Assembly: GCA_964478025.1 (NCBI GenBank)
Contig: CAYZGK010000002.1
Location: forward strand, 22,727-86,726
Origin: an uncultured Christensenella sp.
GTDB taxonomy: Bacteria; Bacillota; Clostridia; Christensenellales; UBA3700
DNA length: 64,000 nt
Direction: 5' to 3'
The notes beneath the pieces were generated by a model. It saw only the letters and a list, made by a program, of their open reading frames with translations. It had not been told where the DNA came from and made no database searches. Positions 48,597 through 58,434 of the stretch are shown here, one piece after another; position 1 is the first letter of the stretch; every line of letters starts with the position of its first letter. A program made the position numbers and the translations under genes.

Positions 48597-49949
48597 TTAT
48601 TTTATAAACACATCACTTGTTTGATTAGGTTTAAAGAACATTACATAATAAATAGGAAGATATACAATTCCATTTTCCGCAACTTTAACTTGGCGTGAAT
48701 TAGATAATACTATTCCTTTTTTAACATTATAATCTGAATTAGAAAGAAAACCATTAATTGCATTATGAACCATATAGTCTTTACCGGATTTGACATCTAT
48801 AGGTAAGGCGGATAAATTATCGTAATCATCAATTATAAAATCAACCTCTCCCTTACTTCTTACGTCATAATAGTAAAGTTCAAAACCATGTGCTTTTAAT
48901 TCTGTAGCAACAACATTTTCATATACTGTACCTAAATTAATACTATTTATATTCTCCAAAATAGCAGTTGGATTGTTTCTATATAAAAGCATAGTAAGAA
49001 TACCTACATCATTTAGATATAACTTAAGCAGATTCTTCTTGCATGATTGGACAACTGGAAATTTTGGCTCAGTAATAGCATTTACCGAAAGTGCAATACC
49101 AGCACTTGTTAGATACTCAAACTCATCTTGATAATTCTCATATAAGCCTTTTTTATTAGAGTTAATATCCTTAAAAACAATGCGTTTCTTCTTGTTTTCA
49201 AGATTTGATGGTATCATATCATAAATTTTACGAATAACAAGTTTCTTTTCTTCATCATATTTTGATGCATCAAAAGCATAGAAATTATGTGTTTCTTCTT
49301 GTATAGCTCGAATTTTTGTAAGATTTTGAGTTTCTATAAAAGTGTTTACCGCATCTGGAAGTCCACCTACAAGAAGATATTTTTTAAACAAGTCCATTAA
49401 GCGATTATGTGTGGATTCATCTAAAGATTTGTTTTGTAAATAAAATTGATAAATTGTATTTATAGCGTAATCATTAAACCCATTTGCCCTTAAAAATTCT
49501 TCAAAATCTAAAGGATACATTCTAATAACATGGATACTTCCCATTGGTATTGAAGATGTCATAGACAAAGTAACGCCAAGCAATGACCCACTTACTATAT
49601 ATGTATATTTATTGTCTTGTTGTAAAAATTTAAGTAATGTAATTAATTCTGGATAAGTTTGAATTTCATCTAAAAAAACAAGAGTATTATCTTTTGTATC
49701 CATTAAATTACCATATTTTGTGCTTAACTTAAAATAGAAATCATTAATTGAGGTAATATTAGCAAATAAACGATCCCTTTTAAAGTCTTCCATAAGATTA
49801 ATTTCAATATAATTTTTATAAAGGCTCTTGCCTACATGTCTAATAATAAAAGTTTTTCCTACTTGTCTTGCACCATCAACAATCAAAATCTTATTTGTAT
49901 TAGATTGCAAGTGTTCTCTAATTGTTGATTCAATTTTTCTAAAAAGCAT
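48597..49949 (-). CDS. stand-alone AAA+ ATPase with C-terminal DUF4143/PD-(D/E)xK-like domain, paralog 3
   Basis: 450 aa. Motifs seen: Walker A GARQVGKTF, Walker B FLDEIQ, VSGSLL, LYLNDVGIL, and C-terminal EVDFIID...LPIDVKSG. Confidence 0.85.
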   Translation of the reverse strand: MLFRKIESTIREHLQSNTNKILIVDGARQVGKTFIIRHVGKSLYKNYIEINLMEDFKRDRLFANITSINDFYFKLSTKYGNLMDTKDNTLVFLDEIQTYPELITLLKFLQQDNKYTYIVSGSLLGVTLSMTSSIPMGSIHVIRMYPLDFEEFLRANGFNDYAINTIYQFYLQNKSLDESTHNRLMDLFKKYLLVGGLPDAVNTFIETQNLTKIRAIQEETHNFYAFDASKYDEEKKLVIRKIYDMIPSNLENKKKRIVFKDINSNKKGLYENYQDEFEYLTSAGIALSVNAITEPKFPVVQSCKKNLLKLYLNDVGILTMLLYRNNPTAILENINSINLGTVYENVVATELKAHGFELYYYDVRSKGEVDFIIDDYDNLSALPIDVKSGKDYMVHNAINGFLSNSDYNVKKGIVLSNSRQVKVAENGIVYLPIYYVMFFKPNQTSDVFIK

Positions 49950-49984
49950 GATAATATCCCCTATTTTGCTTATTTTTCAATATA

Positions 49985-50013
49985 ATAATATCATGTAAAA
50001 AGGAACTTTTCAA
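49985..50013 (-). promoter_or_regulatory. promoter of ATPase paralog 3, with its -35 inside repeat copy 0
   Basis: Read on the minus strand: TTGAAA (50013-50008), 17 nt, TATTAT (49990-49985). Confidence 0.55.
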
Positions 50014-50128
50014 TATATTTTATTGATAAAAATTGGAACTTTTCACTATTTTTCAAGGCTAAATTTTGGAACTTTTCACTATTTTTTTAAGACTAAAATT
50101 GGAACTTTTCACTATTTTTCAATTTTAA
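49997..50128. repeat. four head-to-tail 33-bp direct repeats (core TTGGAACTTTTCACTATTTTT)
   Basis: GGAAC starts at 50002, 50035, 50068 and 50101, an exact 33-bp period. Copies 1-3 share an identical 21-nt core. Copy 0 has diverged (GGAACTTTTCAATATATTTT). Confidence 0.92.
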
Positions 50129-50145
50129 ATTTATATAATTTGAAC

Positions 50146-50187
50146 AAAAAAATAGCCACCTTCAAATTAGAAAGTGGCTATTTTTTA
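50146..50187. terminator. bidirectional terminator (phoR 3' end)
   Basis: A 9-bp stem pairs AATAGCCAC (50151-50159) with GTGGCTATT (50174-50182). An A-run and a T-run flank it. Confidence 0.75.
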
Positions 50188-50204
50188 ACTATCTTTTATA
50201 TAAA

Positions 50205-51866
50205 TTATTTATTAAAAGTAACTGTTATTGTAGTGCCTACTCCATATTTAGATTTAAGCTCAATATCTGCCTTATATAAAAGACAAATATGCTTTACTAT
50301 TGCAAGTCCAAGTCCTGTTCCACCAGTTTCCCTAGAGCGTGATTTGTTAACTCTATAAAATCTTTCAAAGATTCTTGCTTGATGTTCTTCTTCTATACCT
50401 ATACCATTATCTTCTACAATAAGTTTAGTGCTCTTTTTATCATCAATAATATTTACCTTAACAAAACCACCTACATTATTATATCTAACACCATTTTCAA
50501 CTAGATTTTTAATAAGTTCTACAGCATGTTCTTTATCCATGTCTATAGTAGCATCACCACTTATTTCTATATTTACTTTTTTATCTTCAGTAAGCTTAGA
50601 TAAACTATTTTTAACATCCTCAGCAACTTCTTTTAAGCTTACCTTTTCTTTTGACTCAATTTTATTTGTTTCAAGTTTAGACAAATTCAACATATCTGAT
50701 ATAAGAACTAAAATTCTAGATAATTCCTTGTCTGTTTTAGCAGTAAATTCCTTTATATCTTCATCAGTTGTTTTCATTGATATTAAATCATTAAATCCCT
50801 TTATTGCAGTAAGAGGAGTTTTTAATTCATGAGACGCATTATCAAAGAATTCACTTCTCATCTTTTCAGCATTTTTTACTTCTGTTATATCCGTAAGAAC
50901 TATTACAACATAATCATTCTCTAAGTAGTTAATATTAGCTTTATAAATTCTTCCATCACTTTCAAAAATAGTATCGCTTGATTCTTTATTGGTTATCGAA
51001 TTAGAAATTGTATCTAAAAATCCTTTATCTGCACAAAGTGCTTCATAATTTCTATTTAAGTATCCTTCACCCTTAAAGATCTCTTTTGAAATCTTATTCA
51101 TAACTCTAACAATACCATCTTCACCAATTACAACAATTCCATCAGATATATTGCCTAAAATATAATCTAAACGTTCTTTGTCTGTTTTTACTTCCTGAAT
51201 TGTATCTTGAAGTTTTTCACCAACGTTATCTATATCCTTTAAAACAATATCAACATCTTTGTCTCCACTAGATTCAAAACCACTTTTAAATTCACCATCT
51301 TTTATTGATATTAGTTTTCCTTTAACAACTTTTAAAGGTTTTAAAATACCATTAGTACCAAAGGCAACAACTACTCCTGATATAACAAGAGCAACAATTA
51401 AAACATAAATCATTGTAGGAATAGTATTATTTACATAAGTTTCAATGCTTTCAACAGGTATAGCTGCTCTTACAATTACAAAACTTTCTCCTACTTCTAC
51501 TTTTTCGGCATAATAAACAAAAGTCTTCTTTAAGGATTCACTATATCTTTTTACTACCTTAGGATTTCCTTCCCATGCAGCAGTTATTTCCTCACGATTA
51601 TCATGAAGTGTCCCAACTAAACTTGTATCTTCACTATCTTTTATAACTTTTTTATCTGCCCCGATTATTGTAACTCTGACATTTTCTGGAACATTTTCAG
51701 TTATTGTTTCACTATAATTTTCTTTATATATTTGTGTTATTGCTATTACTTCTTTTTCAGCTTCTTTTAAATGTGATGATTTATTTACTGAGATTCCAGA
51801 AAATAACATAACAAGTAAAGTTGCTGTTATAAGAACCATATTAAATATTAAAATTTTCTTTTTCAT
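50205..51866 (-). CDS. phoR: PhoR-type sensor histidine kinase
   Basis: 553 aa with an N-terminal TM, an extracytoplasmic domain, a second TM, PAS-like and HisKA (SEFFDNASHELKTP) domains, and an HATPase domain (GGTGLGLAI). It lies downstream of phoP and phoU. Confidence 0.85.
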   Translation of the reverse strand: MKKKILIFNMVLITATLLVMLFSGISVNKSSHLKEAEKEVIAITQIYKENYSETITENVPENVRVTIIGADKKVIKDSEDTSLVGTLHDNREEITAAWEGNPKVVKRYSESLKKTFVYYAEKVEVGESFVIVRAAIPVESIETYVNNTIPTMIYVLIVALVISGVVVAFGTNGILKPLKVVKGKLISIKDGEFKSGFESSGDKDVDIVLKDIDNVGEKLQDTIQEVKTDKERLDYILGNISDGIVVIGEDGIVRVMNKISKEIFKGEGYLNRNYEALCADKGFLDTISNSITNKESSDTIFESDGRIYKANINYLENDYVVIVLTDITEVKNAEKMRSEFFDNASHELKTPLTAIKGFNDLISMKTTDEDIKEFTAKTDKELSRILVLISDMLNLSKLETNKIESKEKVSLKEVAEDVKNSLSKLTEDKKVNIEISGDATIDMDKEHAVELIKNLVENGVRYNNVGGFVKVNIIDDKKSTKLIVEDNGIGIEEEHQARIFERFYRVNKSRSRETGGTGLGLAIVKHICLLYKADIELKSKYGVGTTITVTFNK

Positions 51867-52534
51867 TTTAAAGTGTACCCCACACCTCTTATTGTCGCAA
51901 TTTCAGCACTTGAATTTTCAATAAATTTTCTCAAATTGCCTATATGTATATCCAAAGTTCTAGTTTCGCCATAATTTTCGCCCCAGACTTTGTCTAACAA
52001 TTCATCTCTAAGCATAACTTTTTCAGCATTAATAACAAGTAATCTTAAAAGTTCATATTGCTTTAATGTAAGATTTAAAACTTCATCTTTTACCTTAATT
52101 TCATGCTTAGTATCGTCTACATAAATATCTTTATAAGATAAAATATTATTTTTTGCTTTTGATTTTCTAAACTTAGAGTTTATTCTAGCTATTAGTTCCA
52201 TTATTCCAAAAGGCTTAGATATATAGTCATCTGCACCTAAATCTAGTCCTTTTACTTTATCAATTTCTTCATTTTTTGCAGAAACCATCATTATTGGAGT
52301 ATCTTCAGTTTTTGAGTTATTTCTTAACATTTTTAAAATGTCATAACCATCTTCTCCATCAAGCATAATGTCTAGCAAAATTAAATCTGGAATTCTTTTA
52401 TCAATAGCTGACGCAAGTTCGCTAAAGCATGAAAAACATTCTATTTCAAAGCCCGCACTTTTTAATGCATAAGAATAAACTTCTCTTATAGACTTTTCGT
52501 CATCAACGGCATAAATAATTTTCTTATCTTCCAT
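51863..52534 (-). CDS. phoP: OmpR/PhoB-family response regulator
   Basis: The receiver domain (IIYAVDDE...LLDIMLDG) is followed by a winged-helix domain (LTLKQYELLRLL...VRGVGY). The ATG at 52534 follows GAAGGAG. Confidence 0.88.
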   Translation of the reverse strand: MEDKKIIYAVDDEKSIREVYSYALKSAGFEIECFSCFSELASAIDKRIPDLILLDIMLDGEDGYDILKMLRNNSKTEDTPIMMVSAKNEEIDKVKGLDLGADDYISKPFGIMELIARINSKFRKSKAKNNILSYKDIYVDDTKHEIKVKDEVLNLTLKQYELLRLLVINAEKVMLRDELLDKVWGENYGETRTLDIHIGNLRKFIENSSAEIATIRGVGYTLK

Positions 52535-52554
52535 AAAACTCCTTCGATTTATAA

Positions 52555-53208
52555 TCAACCCGGTTTATGATATCCAGTAGCTGCATACTCAACCCATTCT
52601 CCAATATTTACAGCATGATCTCCAATTCTTTCAAGATATTTAGCTATCATCATAAATAATATTGCTTGATCTGCATTGTTCGGATCACTTCTTATAAGGT
52701 CAATCAAATCTGACTTTATTGTTAAGAATAATTCATCTACTCTATCATCTCTTTTATCAAGACCTCTTGCTGTATCTAAATCTCTATTGATATAACTTGT
52801 AACTCCATCTTTTACCATACCTGAAACAATCTTTGCCATCATTTCAATATGCTCTGGTTCCTTGATATATTTTTCAGAACCAAATTGCAATGAAATTTCA
52901 GAAATATCTGCTGCCTGGTCTGCAATTCTTTCAAGGTCTGTTATCATTTTTAATGCCGCAGATACATCTCTAAAATCACTAGCAACAGGGTGTTCCATCA
53001 ATAGAATTTTTAAACAATCTTGTTCTATCTCTCTTTCTTGATTATCAATAATCTTATCTTCTTGCATAACCTCTTTTGCTAAATCATTATCTCTATGCTT
53101 AAGTGCATTTATAGATTTTTCAATAGCAAGTTCTGTTTTATGACACATACTGATAAGCTTATCAAAAACACTAGATAGTTCATTTTCGTATTTTGTTCTA
53201 ATGCTCAT
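52555..53208 (-). CDS. phoU: phosphate signalling complex protein PhoU
   Basis: 217 aa with a duplicated PhoU repeat: DLERIADQA and YLERIGDHA. Confidence 0.92.
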   Translation of the reverse strand: MSIRTKYENELSSVFDKLISMCHKTELAIEKSINALKHRDNDLAKEVMQEDKIIDNQEREIEQDCLKILLMEHPVASDFRDVSAALKMITDLERIADQAADISEISLQFGSEKYIKEPEHIEMMAKIVSGMVKDGVTSYINRDLDTARGLDKRDDRVDELFLTIKSDLIDLIRSDPNNADQAILFMMIAKYLERIGDHAVNIGEWVEYAATGYHKPG

Positions 53209-53245
53209 TTATTATTTTACTCCTTTTTATATATTTTTTAAATAA

Positions 53246-54025
53246 TCAACCGAATCTTCCGGTTATATAATTTTCTGTTCTCTTATCATTAGGCGATGAG
53301 AATATTTTTTCAGTATCACCAAACTCTACTAAATCACCAAGCAAGAAAAATGCAGTTTTATCTGCAACACGAGTTGCTTGTTGCATATTATGAGTAACTA
53401 TAACAATTGTTATGTCTTTCTTTAATTCCTCTATAAGCTCTTCAATCTTACCTGTAGATATTGGATCTAGGGCTGATGTGGGTTCATCCATTAATAGAAT
53501 TTTAGGGTCAGCTGCAAGAGCTCTTGCAATACACAAACGTTGCTGTTGACCACCAGATAGACCTAAAGCTGATTTATCTAATCTATCTTTAAGTTCATCC
53601 CACATACTAGCTCCCTTTAAGGATTTTTCTACAATTTCATCAAGCTCAGATTTTTTATGTATTCCAAGTGTTCTTGGACCATATGCAACATTGTCATAAA
53701 CACTCATTGGGAATGGATTTGGCTTTTGAAAAACCATTCCTACATTTCTTCTTAGTTCATTAATATCTATCTTTCCATAAATATCTACATCTCCTATTTT
53801 AAAATCTCCTTCAATTTTACATCCAGCAACTAAATCGTTCATTCTATTAAAGCATTTTAAAAATGTTGATTTACCACATCCAGATGGTCCAATGAAGGCT
53901 GTAACTTTTCTTTCTGGTATTTCAATGCTTATATCTTTTAAAGCTTGAAAATCTCCATACCAAAGTTTTGCATTATGGACAGATATATTTTGACCAAGAT
54001 TTAACTGTTCTGTACTTTTTTTCAT
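53246..54025 (-). CDS. pstB: phosphate ABC transporter ATP-binding protein
   Basis: 259 aa. Motifs seen: Walker [10 protein letters not shown], signature LSGGQQQR, Walker [12 protein letters not shown]. Confidence 0.95.
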   Translation of the reverse strand: MKKSTEQLNLGQNISVHNAKLWYGDFQALKDISIEIPERKVTAFIGPSGCGKSTFLKCFNRMNDLVAGCKIEGDFKIGDVDIYGKIDINELRRNVGMVFQKPNPFPMSVYDNVAYGPRTLGIHKKSELDEIVEKSLKGASMWDELKDRLDKSALGLSGGQQQRLCIARALAADPKILLMDEPTSALDPISTGKIEELIEELKKDITIVIVTHNMQQATRVADKTAFFLLGDLVEFGDTEKIFSSPNDKRTENYITGRFG

Positions 54026-55797
54026 TTCTTACTTCCTCTTAATTTTTTATCTAATTTATTTGAGATTATTCCTGCTAATAGATTTAGTACTAAAACTATA
54101 ACTAGTAGTACAAAAGCTGTAGCATATGCTTCATCTAAATATTTACCCTCGCCTGCAAGTCTATATAAAGCAACTGCAAGTGTTGCGCCACCATCAAGTG
54201 GACTTGTTGGTGTTTCCATAATTGTTGAGCCCATTGTATACATAAATGGAGCTGACTCAGAGACAACTCTTCCCATTGCTAGAATTATTGCTGATGTTAT
54301 ACCTGGAAGTGCACTTGGCAAAACTACTTTAAATATAGTTCTAACTTTACCAGCACCTAACGCATAGCTTCCTTCTCGAAGAGAATCAGGGACAGATTTT
54401 AAACTTTCCTCTGTTGATCTAACGATTGTTGGAAGGAGCATTATCGAGATTGTAAAACTACCTGCTAGAATTGACATTTTATTTCCAAACCATACAACGA
54501 ATGTTACCATACCAAATAAGGCATAAACTATGGATGGAATACCACTTAATATATCTATTGCTGATCTTATAACTCTAACTATCTTGCTATCTTTCTTTGT
54601 ATATTCATTTAAGAATATTGCCGTAAATACACCAATTGGAACAGCAATAATAAGACTTATTACAACTGTCATAAATGTAGTTACTATAGATGGGAATATA
54701 CTTATATCTCCAGCCATTTCATATTTACCAAATAAGAAATTTAATGATACATGTGGAATACCTTTAATGCATACAAATAAAATTATAGCTACAAGACCTA
54801 TAAGTCCTATCAAAGCACATACATATGAGAAAATTTTACCAATAAACTCAATTTTAATTGCTTGTTTTATTTTTTCTAATATTTCAAAATTATGTTTTCT
54901 TTTTCCCTTAACATTCTTTGCTTTTCCTGTTATTAAGCCTAGCAATACATTAACAATAAATATAAATACTAAAAGGACAACGCCAGTTGCTATTAAAGCG
55001 CCTAATTGAACTTCTCCTGCATATCCCATCTCCATAACAATATTAGCAGTAAGTACTCTAAAACTTTTAAATATTCCTTCTGGATAGTTTACTGCGTTAC
55101 CAGCAACCATAATAACCGCCATTGTTTCGCCGACTGCTCTTCCTATACCTAAAATTATTGAGGCAACTATTCCTGATTTTGCAGCTGGAACCACTGTTCC
55201 AAAAACAGCCTGTTCATGTGTAGCACCAAGTGCTCTTGCACCTTCATAATAATTCTCTGGCACTGCGTCTATACTCGTTTTAGATAAAGATACAACTGTT
55301 GGAAGTATCATAAAACCTAGAACAAGCGATACCGCAAGAAGACCACTACCACTTCCATTTTCTGAATAATTTCCAAGAATAGGTAGTAAAATTCTCATTC
55401 CAAAGAAGCCATAAATAACTGATGGTATTCCTGCTAATAAATTAATTATAGAACTAAATATTTTCTTTATTTTCTTAGGACAAAACTTAGAAATGAATAC
55501 TGCTGTAAAAAATCCTAATATTCCGCCAAACGCAACAGCTCCTATTGTTGCTGTTAGCGTTCCTATTATCATTTTAAATACGCCGTACTCACCAGTAAGT
55601 TCTGCATCGTATGTATCATTTGCACTAGGATACCAATTTTTTCCAAATACGAAATCAAAAAATCCTATTTTTCTAAATGCTGGAACACTTTGTGCAATTA
55701 AGAACGCAAAGATTGCTACTACCGCAACAATACATATTAATGCGGTAATAGCAAATATAATTTTGAAAAATTTTTCTTTAGTCTTTAATTGATTCAT
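54022..55797 (-). CDS. fused phosphate ABC transporter permease PstC-PstA
   Basis: 591 aa. Two tandem permease modules each carry an EAA-like loop ([13 protein letters not shown] and [13 protein letters not shown]). This is one continuous ORF. Confidence 0.88.
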   Translation of the reverse strand: MNQLKTKEKFFKIIFAITALICIVAVVAIFAFLIAQSVPAFRKIGFFDFVFGKNWYPSANDTYDAELTGEYGVFKMIIGTLTATIGAVAFGGILGFFTAVFISKFCPKKIKKIFSSIINLLAGIPSVIYGFFGMRILLPILGNYSENGSGSGLLAVSLVLGFMILPTVVSLSKTSIDAVPENYYEGARALGATHEQAVFGTVVPAAKSGIVASIILGIGRAVGETMAVIMVAGNAVNYPEGIFKSFRVLTANIVMEMGYAGEVQLGALIATGVVLLVFIFIVNVLLGLITGKAKNVKGKRKHNFEILEKIKQAIKIEFIGKIFSYVCALIGLIGLVAIILFVCIKGIPHVSLNFLFGKYEMAGDISIFPSIVTTFMTVVISLIIAVPIGVFTAIFLNEYTKKDSKIVRVIRSAIDILSGIPSIVYALFGMVTFVVWFGNKMSILAGSFTISIMLLPTIVRSTEESLKSVPDSLREGSYALGAGKVRTIFKVVLPSALPGITSAIILAMGRVVSESAPFMYTMGSTIMETPTSPLDGGATLAVALYRLAGEGKYLDEAYATAFVLLVIVLVLNLLAGIISNKLDKKLRGSKK

Positions 55798-55799
55798 AA

Positions 55800-56669
55800 C
55801 TATTTAATTTCACTAAACTTTGTAACTTTTCCTGTATAAATATTTTTAAGTATTTCTGCAGTTACATTTGAAATTTGATCATTATCTTTGTTAACAATTA
55901 CTGCTACTGCATCTAAACAAATTGTTGTTTCTGTATAAGCATCATTCTTTGAAGATGAACTAGCAACACCAATAACTGTACCATTTGTATCACCCTTAGC
56001 AGCTGTTCTTCCTTCGCTTGATCCGTTAAAGCTAATTGTAAATTTAACGTTTGCAACTTTATCTCCAAGTAATGCTTTATAGTTTGCAATTAATTTTTCC
56101 ATTAAATCTGTCATTGATGTAGAACCCTTTACTACAACATCACCACTTAGCGCTGTTGCTGGAACAGTGTATTCACTACGGCTTGAGAAATCACTTGGTA
56201 GAATACCATGAGTTGCTGTAATACCATCTTTTGCTGTTGAAGACATACAATAATTAAAGAAGTCTTGAGCTGCTGGTTGTAAAGTAACACTATTATTTGT
56301 TAATAATAAGAATGGTCTTTGAATCTTATATTCTCCTGAACGAACATTTTCTTCAGTTGCCTCTACTCCATTTACCTTTAAAGCCTTAACGCTATCATCA
56401 ACTGATGCTAAGGAAATATAACCAATAGCTGTCTTTGTTGTAGCAACTTTTTCACGAACGTTAGCTGTAGAACTATACTCTTCCTTATCTGAGATTAATT
56501 CACTAGCTTGAAGTCCAACGAACTTATCAAAAGCTTCTCTTGTTCCACTTGCTGCATCTCTACATACAACTAGAATGTTTTTCTCTGTATTGCTAGAACA
56601 ACTAGCAAAAGTAAATAATGTAACAACTGCCATAATACCTGCAATTATCATTAATAATTTCTTTTTCAT
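55800..56669 (-). CDS. pstS: phosphate-binding lipoprotein PstS
   Basis: The ATG at 56669 follows AAAAGGAG. The signal and lipobox read MKKKLLMIIAGIMAVVTLFTFASC. The sequence is PBP-like, and this is the first gene of the pst operon. Confidence 0.85.
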   Translation of the reverse strand: MKKKLLMIIAGIMAVVTLFTFASCSSNTEKNILVVCRDAASGTREAFDKFVGLQASELISDKEEYSSTANVREKVATTKTAIGYISLASVDDSVKALKVNGVEATEENVRSGEYKIQRPFLLLTNNSVTLQPAAQDFFNYCMSSTAKDGITATHGILPSDFSSRSEYTVPATALSGDVVVKGSTSMTDLMEKLIANYKALLGDKVANVKFTISFNGSSEGRTAAKGDTNGTVIGVASSSSKNDAYTETTICLDAVAVIVNKDNDQISNVTAEILKNIYTGKVTKFSEIK

Positions 56670-56753
56670 ATTTTTTTTCTCCTTTTTTTTCGTGATATAA
56701 AATTGTTTTTTCATATCTACACTTAAAATATATACAAAACAAAAATTATTAAC

Positions 56754-56792
56754 TGACAAACTTTAGTAAAACAATTGTAATGTTTTTGTAAA
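56754..56792 (-). promoter_or_regulatory. Pho-box array (four hexamers, 11-bp period) upstream of pstS
   Basis: The minus strand reads TTTACA-N5-ATTACA-N5-TTTACT-N5-TTGTCA (plus-strand starts 56787, 56776, 56765, 56754). This matches the Bacillus-type PhoP box TT(A/T/C)ACA-N5 repeats. Confidence 0.7.
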
Positions 56793-56830
56793 GTGACCTA
56801 TTATTTCTACTTATTTATTTAAAACAATAA

Positions 56831-56859
56831 TTGACTTAATAAAATACTTTTGCTATTAT
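56831..56859 (+). promoter_or_regulatory. promoter of ATPase paralog 4
   Basis: TTGACT (56831-56836), 17 nt, TATTAT (56854-56859). Confidence 0.65.
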
Positions 56860-56869
56860 AAATTTGTCA

Positions 56870-56895
56870 AATCGTAATTAGACTAATCGTGATTA
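56870..56895 (+). repeat. 11-nt direct repeat pair in the 5' leader of ATPase paralog 4
   Basis: AATCGTAATTA at 56870-56880 and AATCGTGATTA at 56885-56895 are 15 bp apart. They lie between the predicted transcription start and the RBS. Confidence 0.5.
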
Positions 56896-56925
56896 TACAA
56901 AATTAAACAAAGGAGAATCATACAA

Positions 56926-58356
56926 ATGTTTATAGGAAGGGAAAATGAATTAAAATTTCTTAATGATGCATATTTTTCTAATAAAGCTGAATTCATTATT
57001 TTATATGGTAGACGCCGTATAGGAAAAACTGAACTTTTAAATGAGTTCGCTAAAGGTAAAAAATGCATTTTTTATACTTGTAGAGAATATACTGACAAAA
57101 TTCAATTACAATCATTTACAAACAAAATTCATTCCTATAATATTTCAGAGTTTAAATATGTTGATTGTTTTTCAGATTGGGAAAAAGCTTTTTCTTCTGT
57201 CTTACATATTGATTCTAACGAAAAAAAATTAATAATAATAGATGAATTTCCTTATGCTTGCAAGGTTAATAAAAGTATACCTTCTATATTGCAAGTTTTA
57301 TGGGATGAAAAATTACGTCATGAAAATGTTATGATTGTTCTTTGTGGAAGTGCTATGAGTTTTATCGAAAAAGACTTACTTGCAGAAAAAAATCCACTGT
57401 ATGGAAGAACTACAGGAATTTATAAAATGAATCCACTTCCCTATCTTGATGCTTTTAAGTTCTTCCCTAATTTTTCAGATGAAGATAAATTATTAGCTTA
57501 TTCCATTTTAGGTGGAGTTCCTCAGTATTTAAGACAATTTAATGATAAATTATCTTTAGAAGATAATATAAAACAAAATATATTAAAAAAAGGCTGCTCT
57601 CTTTATAACGAGGTAGAGTTTTTATTAAAACAAGAATTACGTGAAACTTCTGTTTACAATACAATTGTAGAAGCCATTGCTCTTGGTAATAATTCTTTTA
57701 ATGATATTTTAAACAAAACACACCTAGAGAAAAGCAAACTAAGTGTCTATCTTAAAAGTTTAATAGATTTATCTATCATAGAAAAAGAAACACCTGCTTT
57801 ATCTTCCAATAAAGATATACACAATATATCAAAAGGCAATTATGTCCTTGTAGATAATTTCTTCCGTTTTTGGTATGCTTTTGCATATCCTAATTTTACG
57901 GATCTTGAAAATGATGATATAGATGGTGTATGGGAAAATGATATAAAAAATAACCTACATAATTTTGCGGCTCGACCTTTTGAGAAAATTTGCTTGGATT
58001 ATTTATATATTCTAAATAAAAATAAAAAATTACCATTTAGAATCCATAATGCTTCTAGATACTGGGGGAAAACCCTTCAACTAATCAATGGTAAAAAAGA
58101 ATCTATTAATCTTGAAATAGATATCCTTGCACCAGATGAAAAAAAGGAAAACTTTATTTTTGGGGAATGCAAATTCACAAAAGAAGCCTTTGATATGCAA
58201 CAACTAAAAAAATTGCAAAATAAAGTATTTTTAAATGGAAATATATATTATTACCTATTCTCTCTTTCTGGTTTTACTAGTTCAATAAAAGAATATGCAT
58301 TAAATAATAAAAATTTAATTTTAATAGAAACAAAAGACATTATAAATGTGAATTAA
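56926..58356 (+). CDS. stand-alone archaeal-type AAA ATPase with C-terminal DUF234/PD-(D/E)xK-like domain (COG1672-type), paralog 4
   Basis: 476 aa. Motifs seen: FIGRENEL start, Walker A GRRRIGKTE, Walker B IIDEFP, LCGSAMS, PLYGRTT, and C-terminal LEIDILAP...IFGECKF. Confidence 0.85.
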   Translation: MFIGRENELKFLNDAYFSNKAEFIILYGRRRIGKTELLNEFAKGKKCIFYTCREYTDKIQLQSFTNKIHSYNISEFKYVDCFSDWEKAFSSVLHIDSNEKKLIIIDEFPYACKVNKSIPSILQVLWDEKLRHENVMIVLCGSAMSFIEKDLLAEKNPLYGRTTGIYKMNPLPYLDAFKFFPNFSDEDKLLAYSILGGVPQYLRQFNDKLSLEDNIKQNILKKGCSLYNEVEFLLKQELRETSVYNTIVEAIALGNNSFNDILNKTHLEKSKLSVYLKSLIDLSIIEKETPALSSNKDIHNISKGNYVLVDNFFRFWYAFAYPNFTDLENDDIDGVWENDIKNNLHNFAARPFEKICLDYLYILNKNKKLPFRIHNASRYWGKTLQLINGKKESINLEIDILAPDEKKENFIFGECKFTKEAFDMQQLKKLQNKVFLNGNIYYYLFSLSGFTSSIKEYALNNKNLILIETKDIINVN

Positions 58357-58434
58357 AAAAACAATGGTAAAATCTCCTTACCATTGCTTTTTATATTCGT
58401 TGCTTAATTATTAATTTGTTTATAGTATAAACTT

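Noticed and set aside
50023-50358. A 111-aa plus-strand ORF with a repeated IGTFHYF peptide.
   Set aside because: The first third is simply the translation of the 33-bp DNA repeats. The rest is antisense to the phoR 3' end and runs through a terminator hairpin. It has no RBS.
48597-58356. ATPase paralogs 3 and 4 bracketing the pst-pho cluster as a composite transposon.
   Set aside because: The two genes belong to different subfamilies with no nucleotide identity. I saw no terminal inverted repeats or target duplications. The enclosed genes are core phosphate-uptake functions.
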